Origin: Deltaproteobacteria bacterium
GTDB taxonomy: Bacteria; Desulfobacterota; Binatia; UBA9968
Direction of reading: 5' to 3'
Assembly (NCBI GenBank): GCA_016874755.1
Contig: VGTH01000021.1
Location: 13,456-77,455 of the forward strand
DNA: 64,000 bases
Made by a program: the position numbers and the translations under genes. Below the pieces are notes generated by a model that worked only from the letters and a program-made list of their open reading frames with translations, was not told where the DNA came from and did not search any database. This document shows, in pieces, positions 10,111 to 18,319 of this stretch (position 1 is its first letter; the number at the start of each line of letters is the position of its first letter).

Positions 10111-11391
10111 TTACGAACGCAGAATGGCGAGCCGCTGTTTCCAATGTGCCTGCCAGTCGGCGCCAGGAGCGAGCACCTCGGATTCTACGGTGAGATCGGG
10201 AAAACGATTGTCGCTCGGCTTGCGGATGACATGGGGTGGCTCGCGCCCGGCCTGGAGATCGTTGATTCCGCGCAGCAGTTGGCGCCGGGCGGCGATAATG
10301 GCGCGATCGCTGGGACCGAGGAATTCCTTCGATCGATCGAGGATCGGGCCGGCGCCTTCGACAATAGCTGTGTCTTGCGTGTTGAAGATGCGCCCCATGC
10401 CGGAGAAGCTCCAGGTTTTCATGGACTCGCGGTCCTGCAGATAGCGATTGGCCTTGTTGCGTTTAGGGTGGTAGTTGGCGTCGAGCTCGTCCAAGATTTC
10501 CTGATTGCGCTCGATGTCGCGCGGCTCCATCGGCGCGCTGCGGCGAAAGACGAAATCATAACGCCAGTGGTGGCTGTCGTCGACGGGCACGTGCCAATAG
10601 AGATTGTAGCCGTCGCCCGACATGGGCCCGGGGATCGTCGCTTTGTTTGGGAAAACGTAGTTAGTCACGCGAAAAAAAGTCCGGCCATCGACGTTGCGCA
10701 GGGAGAAGATCCGCACACCGTAGTCGGTCTCTTCGGCGTCGATGCGCGGCGCCATGTCGGCGTCGTAGAGCGCCAAAGGCAGTTTGCCGTCGGTGCCCTT
10801 GACCGTGCGTTTTAAATTGGCTGGGACATTGGCTTGGCGATGTAAGTAGGAGACATGGCTCGGGTCGAGGTTGCCCTCGTTGGCTTGAAAGTAATTGCAC
10901 TCGTGAAAAATCTTGGTAACGAGCACATGGCCTTTGGGTGCAACCAGCGGCTCATAGTTGGGCAGCTCCGGTGGTTCTCGGGGTCCCATGTAGGTGAAAA
11001 TCACGCCGGATCGCTCCTGCACCGGATATGCAGGGTGGCGCACCTTTTCGCAGAAACGCCGGTTCGGCGGTTCACAAGGCTGCTCGATGCAGCGGCCGTG
11101 GCGATCGAAGAGCCAGCCGTGGTAGAGGCAGCGCAGGCCGCCATTTTCGACGCGGCCGTAGCTTAGATCAGCGCGTCGATGTGAACAGTGCAGACCGATC
11201 AAGCCGAGCTCGCCGTCCTCGCCGCGAAACAGGACCAAGTCTTCACTCAATATTCTGAGGGGCAAGGGTGCGCCATCGGCAGGCAGTTCTTCGACAAGCG
11301 CAACTGGGTGCCAGTACCGGCGCATGAGATTGCCGCCGGGAGTGCCGGGGCCGGTGCGAGTGATGAGGTCGTTGTCTTCTTGGCAGAGCAT
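10111..11391 (-). CDS. Rieske [2Fe-2S] aromatic-ring-hydroxylating oxygenase, alpha subunit
   Basis: Rieske motif CSHRRADLSYGRVENGGLRCLYHGW (CxH-x16-CxxH). Start chosen at ATG 11391, preceded by AAGGA. The ORF track extends to 11460. Confidence 0.85.
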   Translation of the reverse strand: MLCQEDNDLITRTGPGTPGGNLMRRYWHPVALVEELPADGAPLPLRILSEDLVLFRGEDGELGLIGLHCSHRRADLSYGRVENGGLRCLYHGWLFDRHGRCIEQPCEPPNRRFCEKVRHPAYPVQERSGVIFTYMGPREPPELPNYEPLVAPKGHVLVTKIFHECNYFQANEGNLDPSHVSYLHRQANVPANLKRTVKGTDGKLPLALYDADMAPRIDAEETDYGVRIFSLRNVDGRTFFRVTNYVFPNKATIPGPMSGDGYNLYWHVPVDDSHHWRYDFVFRRSAPMEPRDIERNQEILDELDANYHPKRNKANRYLQDRESMKTWSFSGMGRIFNTQDTAIVEGAGPILDRSKEFLGPSDRAIIAARRQLLRGINDLQAGREPPHVIRKPSDNRFPDLTVESEVLAPGADWQAHWKQRLAILRS

Positions 11392-11562
11392 AGATCCTTC
11401 GCCTTCGCTCAGGACAAGTTTTGGATTTCCGATTTTGGATTCTCGCCCAGTTTCTACCACTGAATCACTGCTTGCGGCAACTCTAGCCGGTTCGGCTGAT
11501 TGACCGATGGCAATCGCTTGTGTTTATCTGAGGAAGATTGCCACCAGAATGGAGAATCAGGT

Positions 11563-12273
11563 ATGGCAGGAACTTGGGAAAAGGTTCGCGTCGATAAAAG
11601 TGACATGCCGCTTTACGTGAGTATGCCGGCAACCGACCGACAGGTGCCTGGCATCGTGGTTGTGCACGGACGCTCCGGGCTAGAGGATTTCATCAAAGAC
11701 GCAACCCATATGCTTGCCTTACAGGGTTACGCTGCCGTGGCGCCGTTCCTCTATCACCGCGACGGTCCCGACTGTAAAGACGATAACGTTACACGCAAAT
11801 CGCGTTTGCGCGATCCGTTGATTATCGATGATGTGAACGCTGCCATTGGTTTTCTAAAAAATCACAAGCAAGTGAATAGCGCCAAGCTCGGCATTGTCGG
11901 CTTCTGCATGGGCGGGCGGTTGGTTTATCTGATGTCGGCGGCGAACAAGGACTTGAAAGCCGGCGTGATGTTCTACGGCAGCAGCACGATGCTGCCGTAC
12001 GGCGACAGCGGGCCGACGCCGTTCGACCGTACTAAAGAAATCAGCTGCCCGATTCAGGGACACTTCGGCGCTGAAGATACAGATCCTTCGCCGGAGGACA
12101 TGCGCAAGCTAGATGCCGAGCTAACCAAATACGGCAGGCACCACGAGTTTCACGTCTACCAAGGCGCCGCGCACGCGTTCGTCAATTCCGGCTCGGACAA
12201 CTACCGGCCGCACGCGGCGTCTTTGTCGTGGCCGAAGGCTATGGAGTTTTTTGCAAGACATCTTATCGCATGA
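11563..12273 (+). CDS. Dienelactone hydrolase family protein
   Basis: Nucleophile elbow GIVGFCMGGRL (G-x-C-x-G) and a C-terminal HAF His motif. Start at ATG 11563, preceded by GGAGAA. Confidence 0.8.
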   Translation: MAGTWEKVRVDKSDMPLYVSMPATDRQVPGIVVVHGRSGLEDFIKDATHMLALQGYAAVAPFLYHRDGPDCKDDNVTRKSRLRDPLIIDDVNAAIGFLKNHKQVNSAKLGIVGFCMGGRLVYLMSAANKDLKAGVMFYGSSTMLPYGDSGPTPFDRTKEISCPIQGHFGAEDTDPSPEDMRKLDAELTKYGRHHEFHVYQGAAHAFVNSGSDNYRPHAASLSWPKAMEFFARHLIA

Positions 12274-12371
12274 GCTCGTTCGCGATGCTGCCGGGGAAAT
12301 CACTTCTCGTTCCCGTGGCGCGGTGAAGAAATCATGGACCGCCTCAACCACGACCGGCAAATCTCCCCTAA

Positions 12372-12453
12372 CCCCTCTTTTCCAAAGAGGGGAGCTCGGA
12401 GTCGAAAGAGTGCGATGACGCACGGCAATCTGTCCCCCTTTGAAAAAGGGGGA
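12372..12453. repeat. Pair of 8-bp-stem hairpins (CCCCTCTT/AAGAGGGG and TCCCCCTT/AAGGGGGA)
   Basis: Hairpin 1 spans 12372-12392 and hairpin 2 spans 12433-12453. Both have 5-nt loops and lie in the intergenic region between the DLH gene and ridA. Confidence 0.45.
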
Positions 12454-12511
12454 TTGATGGGGATTTTCTTCCCCGGTCGCAGTGATAGATGTCATGATAA
12501 CAAGCAAGACG

Positions 12512-12913
12512 ATGAAGATCGAAAAAATTACCAGTCCTCATGTCCCCGAGCCGCCGCCGGGCCGTTGGTCCAACGCGCTGCGGGTCGGCGACATGTTGTT
12601 CGTATCAGGCACGGTCTCTCGCGGGCCGGATGGTGTGAGTGTTGAAGGCAAGAACGAATATGAGCAGACGAAAAATATTTTCACGCGCATTCGCCATCTC
12701 GTCGAGGCCGCCGGCGGCGCGATGTCGGACATCGTGAAGATGACGATCTATGTGGTCAACATCAAACAAAACACCGAGGTCTGGCGCGCGCGTCAGGAAT
12801 TTTTCACCGGCGCTTTCCCCTGCTCGACATTAGTCGAGGTGCGAAGTCTGGCGACGCCCGAGATTGTAGTTGAAATAGAAGTGATCGCTTGCCTTGGGGC
12901 AGGGAAGCGGTGA
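12512..12913 (+). CDS. ridA: RidA/YjgF family reactive-intermediate deaminase
   Basis: Typical RidA layout: PPGRWSNALRVGDMLFVSG, then KMTIYV, then C-terminal VEIEVIA. The start could also be 12482 or 12494. Confidence 0.85.
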   Translation: MKIEKITSPHVPEPPPGRWSNALRVGDMLFVSGTVSRGPDGVSVEGKNEYEQTKNIFTRIRHLVEAAGGAMSDIVKMTIYVVNIKQNTEVWRARQEFFTGAFPCSTLVEVRSLATPEIVVEIEVIACLGAGKR

Positions 12914-12963
12914 TGGAAGAATTCCTTTTACCGTGATTCTCTCGCGAAAAATTCCACCGGCCA

Positions 12964-12992
12964 CTACAAAACAGTAAGATCTCTGCTATAAT
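12964..12992 (+). promoter_or_regulatory. Candidate sigma70-type promoter upstream of top6B
   Basis: Perfect TATAAT at 12987-12992. A weak -35 (TACAAA/CTACAA) lies 16-17 nt upstream, in an AT-richer gap. Confidence 0.25.
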
Positions 12993-13143
12993 CCTCGTAT
13001 ACTTACATTCCTTTTGGCTGTTGCTGCGAAGAAAGCTTGGTTCCGCAGGCGATTGTTGAGTTGTGTGGAAGTGCTGCGACTATTCCCCGTGCCGTCCCCG
13101 TTCGATCAATCCCAATTAAGTTGATGGAGATTTAGTTCAAGCT

Positions 13144-15198
13144 ATGTCCAAACCGATGTTAAAGCCGGCTGAACCGGCTGAGGCTGTCGAGGCGAAGCCC
13201 AGACCTGCGGTGACCGCCGCGGAGATGGGTGCGCGGCAGCGCGAGATTTCTGTTTCGGAGTTTTTTACCAAGAACCGCCACCTGCTGGGCTTCGATAACC
13301 CGCGCAAGGCGATGTTGACCTGCGTCAAAGAGGCGGTCGACAACGCGCTCGATGCCTGTGAAGAGGCGGCCATCTTGCCGGATGTCACGGTGAAACTCGA
13401 AGTCGTGCCCACCGGCAACACGACGCCGGCGCCGAGTCAAGCGACGCGCTTTCGTGTGACCGTCATCGACTATGGCCCTGGCATTGTGCGCCAGCAGATA
13501 CCACCGATCTTTGCCAAACTGCTCTACGGTTCTAAATTTCACCGCCTGCGCATGAGCCGCGGCCAACAGGGCATCGGCATTTCCGCCGCCGGCATGTATG
13601 CGCAGCTTACCACCGGCAAGCCGGTGCAGATTACTTCGCGCACCAGCGCCAAGGCGCCGGCGCATTATTTTGAGGTGCAGATCGACACCAAGAAGAACGA
13701 GCCACGCATCTTCGAAAACAAGAAAATCGATTGGGAGAATCACCGCGGCACGCAAGTGACCATGGAAATTGAAGGGCGGTATCAAAAAGGCCGGGCTTCG
13801 GTGGACGAATACTTAGAGCAAACGGCGATCGCCAATCCGCACGTCAAGCTCACCTACCACACCCCGGAAGGCGAGGTGAAAGAGTATCCGCGCACCATCG
13901 AAGAGCTGCCGCCGCAGCCGCGCGAGATCAAGCCGCACCCCTACGGTATCGAGTTCGGCATGATGCTCAAGATGCTGCACGACACCAAAAGTCACTCGCT
14001 GTCGGGATTTTTGGCCAGCGAGTTCAGCCGGGTGTCGAGCCAGTTGGCTGTTGAAATCTCCAAAAAGGCGAAGCTGTCGCCGGATGCCAAGCCGCGCGAT
14101 TTGCATGGTGCCGCGGCGGAAGCGTTCTACAAGGCGATCCAAGAAACCAAGATCATGGCGCCGCCGAGCAATTGCATCTCGCCCATCGGCGAGCGGGCGA
14201 TTCTCCACGGGCTTTACAAACAGATCAAGGGCGAGTTCTACACCGCGGTGACCCGGCCGCCGGCGGTCTATCGCGGCAATCCGTTTGTTATCGAAGCGGG
14301 TTTAGCGTTTGGTAAAGCGCCGCACTTAATGGAAAGCAAAGAAGAAACACCGGCGATGCCGCTGGCCGAAGGCGAGGAGAAGGACGACGACAATGAGTTG
14401 GCGCGGGTGATTCGCTATGCCAACCGCGTGCCGCTCCTCTATCAGCAATCGGCCTGTTCCACGTTCAAGGCGGTGCTCGACACGAGCTGGAAAAATTACA
14501 ACATCTCCCAGTCGCGCGGCGCCTTGCCGGCCGGGCCAATGGTGATCTTTGTCCACATGGCGTCGGTGTGGGTGCCTTTTACCAGTGAATCGAAGGAAGC
14601 GATCGCCGACTACGACGAGATTCGCAAGGAGATCAAGCTTGCTCTGCAGGAATGCGGTCGCCGTCTCGGCGTCTTCTTACGCCGGCGCGAGCGCGCCGCT
14701 GGTGAGTTTCGCCGGCGCAATATTTTTCAGCTCTACATCGAAGAAGTCGCCGAAGCCTGCGGTAGGTTGAAAGGTGGCAAGCTCGCGGTTGAGAAGCTGA
14801 AAGAACAATTGCAAAAAATCGCCGCCAAGCGCACTGGCGGGCAGAAGGTCGATGAGATTCTCGGCCGCGACGGTGGCGGGCCGGAAGGGTTGCCCCATTC
14901 GATTATCGTTACCACGGAGGGCACCGAAGGCGACGCGCCGGATCTGCCGGCGGTGGAAGCGAACCCTACAGCGGGTGTGGCGACGCCTGCCACTGAGGAA
15001 ACGGAGCCGGAATTGCCAATCCTAGTGGATGAGGAGCCACGGCAGGCCAACAAGAAACGCGGCGGCACAAAGGCCAAGGAACAGACTCCGGCGAAAGCGA
15101 CTAATGTTAACCAGATGAGCTTGGGCTTTGACAAGCCTGCCGACAAACGTGCTGCAAAGACAGGAAACAAAAATGGCGCAAAAAAAGGCAAAAAATAA
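13144..15198 (+). CDS. top6B: DNA topoisomerase VI subunit B (GHKL ATPase) with long low-complexity C-terminal tail
   Basis: Bergerat-fold motifs EAVDNALDA, IDYGPGI and SRGQQGIGIS, with a transducer region. The last ~110 aa run from acidic/Pro-Thr-rich to Lys-rich. Confidence 0.9.
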   Translation: MSKPMLKPAEPAEAVEAKPRPAVTAAEMGARQREISVSEFFTKNRHLLGFDNPRKAMLTCVKEAVDNALDACEEAAILPDVTVKLEVVPTGNTTPAPSQATRFRVTVIDYGPGIVRQQIPPIFAKLLYGSKFHRLRMSRGQQGIGISAAGMYAQLTTGKPVQITSRTSAKAPAHYFEVQIDTKKNEPRIFENKKIDWENHRGTQVTMEIEGRYQKGRASVDEYLEQTAIANPHVKLTYHTPEGEVKEYPRTIEELPPQPREIKPHPYGIEFGMMLKMLHDTKSHSLSGFLASEFSRVSSQLAVEISKKAKLSPDAKPRDLHGAAAEAFYKAIQETKIMAPPSNCISPIGERAILHGLYKQIKGEFYTAVTRPPAVYRGNPFVIEAGLAFGKAPHLMESKEETPAMPLAEGEEKDDDNELARVIRYANRVPLLYQQSACSTFKAVLDTSWKNYNISQSRGALPAGPMVIFVHMASVWVPFTSESKEAIADYDEIRKEIKLALQECGRRLGVFLRRRERAAGEFRRRNIFQLYIEEVAEACGRLKGGKLAVEKLKEQLQKIAAKRTGGQKVDEILGRDGGGPEGLPHSIIVTTEGTEGDAPDLPAVEANPTAGVATPATEETEPELPILVDEEPRQANKKRGGTKAKEQTPAKATNVNQMSLGFDKPADKRAAKTGNKNGAKKGKK

Positions 15199-16279
15199 CG
15201 GCGTTGTCGAAAAGAAACTGATCGGCGTCGCCGATATGGTGATCACCGCGGCGCAGCGGAACCAGGACCCGGCGTTGCAAATCCCGGTGCGCAGTCTGGC
15301 CAACGTCAACTTCAATCCGAAGCGCGGTATCATCGAGATGGGCAAGCGCAAGCAGGAACGGACGTTCTTTAACGTCGGCATGGCGAAGAAATTCATGCAA
15401 ACCGTGCTCGTCGCCGACGCGTTGGCCGAGCTGCAGCGCGCTAATTTGACCACCTCGTTGCGCGAGATTTACTACCGCACCAAGCACACGATCAAACATT
15501 CCCATGAAAACACATTCGACGGCCAGAACGAGTCCGATCCGCTCATCGAAGATCTCGAAGTCACGCTCGAAGCGTTGCGAGAAGAGCTGCACGTCAGCGC
15601 GGAAAACCGCGGCACCGTGGTGGGGCCGTTGACCCTCGTCGACGACGGCGACCGCGTCGACTGCACCAAGCTCGGCAAAGGCGGCTACTCGGTGCCCTCC
15701 ATCGTCGAGCCGGAATATATTCAGATCAGCAAATGCACCGCGGATTTCATCCTGCTCGTGGAAAAAGGCACCCAATGGAACCGGTTATCGGAGGATAAAT
15801 TCTGGCGCACGCATAACTGCGTCCTGATCACCGGCAACGGCCAGCCGCCCCGCGGTGTGCGCCGGCTAGTGCGCCGGCTGCACGAGGATTATAAGCTGCC
15901 GGTCTACGTTCTAGTCGACAACGACCCCTGGGGCTACTACATCTACTCCGTCATCAAGCAGGGTTCGATCAATCTAGCGTTCGAAAGCGAACGCATGGCG
16001 ATCCCCAAAGCCAAATTCATCGGCTTCTCTAGCGCCGACCCAGACCGCTACGGCCTGCCGCGCAACGTCGGTATCAAACTAAACGACAAGGACGTCAACC
16101 GCGCCAAGGAAATCATGAAGTACACATGGTTTCAGAAAAAAGAATGGCAGAATGAGATTAAAGGCATGCTCGGCAGCGGTTTGAAATACGAGTTGGATGC
16201 GTTGGCTAACAAGGATTTTCAGTATTTGACGAAGACGTACCTGCCGCGCAAGTTGAAGGATCAGGATTGGTTGGATTGA
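15173..16279 (+). CDS. top6A: DNA topoisomerase VI subunit A (Spo11-like)
   Basis: Catalytic Tyr motif LREIYYRTKH and Toprim motifs LLVEKG and VLVDNDPWGYY. ATG 15173 overlaps the top6B end by 26 nt. ATG 15236 is an alternative start. Confidence 0.9.
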   Translation: MAQKKAKNNGVVEKKLIGVADMVITAAQRNQDPALQIPVRSLANVNFNPKRGIIEMGKRKQERTFFNVGMAKKFMQTVLVADALAELQRANLTTSLREIYYRTKHTIKHSHENTFDGQNESDPLIEDLEVTLEALREELHVSAENRGTVVGPLTLVDDGDRVDCTKLGKGGYSVPSIVEPEYIQISKCTADFILLVEKGTQWNRLSEDKFWRTHNCVLITGNGQPPRGVRRLVRRLHEDYKLPVYVLVDNDPWGYYIYSVIKQGSINLAFESERMAIPKAKFIGFSSADPDRYGLPRNVGIKLNDKDVNRAKEIMKYTWFQKKEWQNEIKGMLGSGLKYELDALANKDFQYLTKTYLPRKLKDQDWLD

Positions 16280-16670
16280 ACAGATTGTGACCTTGTGTGA
16301 TTGACAAAACGGTCGCCGACGAAATAAGGCGCAGGCTGCTCGCTTTGCGCTGGATCACGATGGCTTTAGGCGCTGTGCCGATGGAATTCTCCAAGCTGGT
16401 GGAAAGACGATCAGAGATGAGGCTTTGCTTAGGGAGATCGACGCGCTGGTTGCGGCGAAAAAAGCCGGCGTTGAAATGGGTCGCGGACCGCGTAGCGAAA
16501 TCATTAGCGAGTTTATTTCCGTGGAGATGGCTAAGTTTGAAAAGCTCACCGCTACGATGCCCAATCAAAGCACTCCTGTTGAACCGCCAAATGAACTCTT
16601 TCGTTCTACCTTGAGCGAGATTTGGCCGGACCGGAAATAGTCAATCGGAATTGACTCGATTTTGGGACTT

Positions 16671-17153
16671 CTAATTTCTTCTTTTCCTAGCCCCCTGAAT
16701 CGATCTCAACGCATCCTCCGCGACAATCCGCCCGATGGGACCAGTGGCGTAGCACGCTTGCAAAACTTTGCGGTCTGGGCCGAGGGTGAAATTGGTTGCG
16801 TGGATGATGCCGCGGTGTTCTTCCCAGTAGGCGCCGACTCGGTCGGCGTCTACTGGGACTTTGAGGCCGTAGCCGATCGGAAAAGACGCGCCGGTGCGTC
16901 CGATCATTTCCTTGGCTTTATCGAGTGGGTCGACGGACAGGGCGATGACGTCGACGTCTTCTTTCTTGAATGCTTCAAGGTGCGCTTGATAGTCGGCAAC
17001 CTGCCGAACGCAGTAGGGTCACCAGATGCCGCGGTAGTAGATGATGACGGCGTATTCGGCTTTGAGGTCGCCGGGAATGTTTAGCGGGCGGCCGTCGGTT
17101 AGGTTAGCCTTGAAACTTGGGAACGGATCGCCGGGTAGAAGTTGTTTTGCCAT
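16671..17153 (-). CDS. Peroxiredoxin-like (AhpC/TSA-redoxin) selenoprotein candidate with in-frame UGA (Sec45)
   Basis: The same frame runs from ATG 17153 to TAG 16671, with a single TGA at 17019-17021. The product reads ...AVIIYYRGIW-U-PYCVRQV...ALSVDP...FPIGYG. The TGA replaces the Cys of the WCPxC motif. The ORF track shows only the 78-aa tail. Confidence 0.7.
16982..17011 (-). promoter_or_regulatory. Candidate bacterial SECIS stem-loop
   Basis: The mRNA reads GCGUU-CGGC-AGGUU-GCCG-ACUAUC-AAGCGC and starts 8 nt after the UGA. The apical loop AGGUU lies 17-21 nt downstream of the UGA. Confidence 0.35.
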
Positions 17154-17179
17154 TGTTACTCTCCTCGGATCCGGAATTG

Positions 17180-17365
17180 CCTCGCGCAAAGGCGCAAAGG
17201 GCGCAAAGTTTTCGGAGGAATTGTTAATCGGTCGTCTGAGATGTTACGTCGTTTCTCGATTGCTTCTGAAGTTTGGTTGCCGACTAAGGGCGGGCTGAGA
17301 CCCATCCCTACGGTGATTTGGACACGAATATCTTTTCTTTGCGTCCTTTGCGCCTTTGCGCGAGG
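17180..17365. repeat. MITE-like element: 29-bp terminal inverted repeats of the GCAAAG family
   Basis: The left arm CCTCGCGCAAAGGCGCAAAGGGCGCAAAG (17180-17208) matches the reverse complement of 17337-17365 at 28 of 29 positions. The ~128-bp core contains a GGGCGGGCTGAGACCC module. Confidence 0.6.
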
Positions 17366-17371
17366 TCATTC

Positions 17372-18289
17372 TCATCCTCCCAGTCCAAGCAGTTTCGCGG
17401 CGTTGTCGCCCAAGATTTTCTGCTTGTCTTCGTTGGAAATCTTCAACTGTTTCACGGTATCCACTGCGCGCACCAAGGTGATTGGCACCGGCGGGGTGTC
17501 GCTGCCGAAGACCACCTGATCGATGCCGACGGTGTCGATAGCGCATTGCACCGCGGGCGGGTGGTAGCAGACCGTGTCGAAGTAGAGCTGCTTCATGTAG
17601 CTCGCCGGCGGGCGGGTCATCACGTCTGGGGTCCAGGGGCCGAAGCTGTCGTCCTTTCTCAGCTCGTAGCCAAAGCCGTAGCGGCCCGGCAGCATCGGCA
17701 GGGCGCCGCCGACGTGGGCTAGAACCATTTTCAATTTGGGAAATTTCTCGAAACCGCCGGTGAATATGAAGCGCGTGAGCGAGAGCGTGGTATCGAAAGG
17801 CCGGCCGAGCATCTCCGGCAGGCGGAAGATTTCCATCTTTTCGTTGCCGATGGTGAACTTGGGGGGATGGACGAAGACGGGCACGTTCAAGTCGCTGACC
17901 ATCTCGAAAAATGGCGCGGCGCGCGGCGAGTCGAGATATTCGCCGTTGGTGCTCGAGTTGATCATGATGCCTTTGAGTTTGTACTCACGGATCGCTCGTT
18001 CGGTTTCCTTCAGGATCGGGCCGTTGTCGTAGGGCACAGAGCAGGCAAGGCCCAATAACCGCTCAGGATGTTTGGCCGTGAGCTCGGCTGCATGCACGTT
18101 GAATTCTTGGACGACTTTGAGCGGGTCATAGCCGTCCGGCGAGCGAATCCAGTTGTTGCCGAAGACGGTCACGTCGACGCCGGATTTGTCCTGCTCGTCG
18201 AACAAGTGCGGCAGGTCGAACATCCATTTGGGCGACTTGGGGTGGTACCAGCTTTGTGGGACTAGATGAGCATGGCAGTCGATGATCAT
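17372..18289 (-). CDS. Amidohydrolase_2 family metal-dependent hydrolase/decarboxylase
   Basis: 305 aa with N-terminal MIIDCHAHL (HxH) and a C-terminal ILGDNAAKLLGL tail typical of the family. Confidence 0.85.
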   Translation of the reverse strand: MIIDCHAHLVPQSWYHPKSPKWMFDLPHLFDEQDKSGVDVTVFGNNWIRSPDGYDPLKVVQEFNVHAAELTAKHPERLLGLACSVPYDNGPILKETERAIREYKLKGIMINSSTNGEYLDSPRAAPFFEMVSDLNVPVFVHPPKFTIGNEKMEIFRLPEMLGRPFDTTLSLTRFIFTGGFEKFPKLKMVLAHVGGALPMLPGRYGFGYELRKDDSFGPWTPDVMTRPPASYMKQLYFDTVCYHPPAVQCAIDTVGIDQVVFGSDTPPVPITLVRAVDTVKQLKISNEDKQKILGDNAAKLLGLGG

Positions 18290-18319
18290 GAATTAGTTTC
18301 CTTTCAAAGCACTTTCTCT

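Noticed and set aside
10111-12913. Rieske oxygenase, dienelactone hydrolase and RidA as a defined chloroaromatic degradation operon
   Set aside because: The oxygenase is divergent from the other two genes. No ferredoxin, reductase, dioxygenase or cycloisomerase partners are present. The co-location is too weak to assign a pathway.
15180-15195. Programmed +1 frameshift at the A7/A6 runs producing a fused Top6B-A polypeptide
   Set aside because: Top6A has its own ATG with an AGGA spacing upstream. There is no stimulatory structure or precedent that I can cite, so this is kept only as a note on indel susceptibility.
16297-16640. ORFs of 105 and 71 aa between top6A and the peroxiredoxin gene as real genes (possible antitoxin-like protein)
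   Set aside because: They have no recognisable motif, use non-ATG or weak starts, and overlap each other in frame. The evidence is insufficient to call a CDS.
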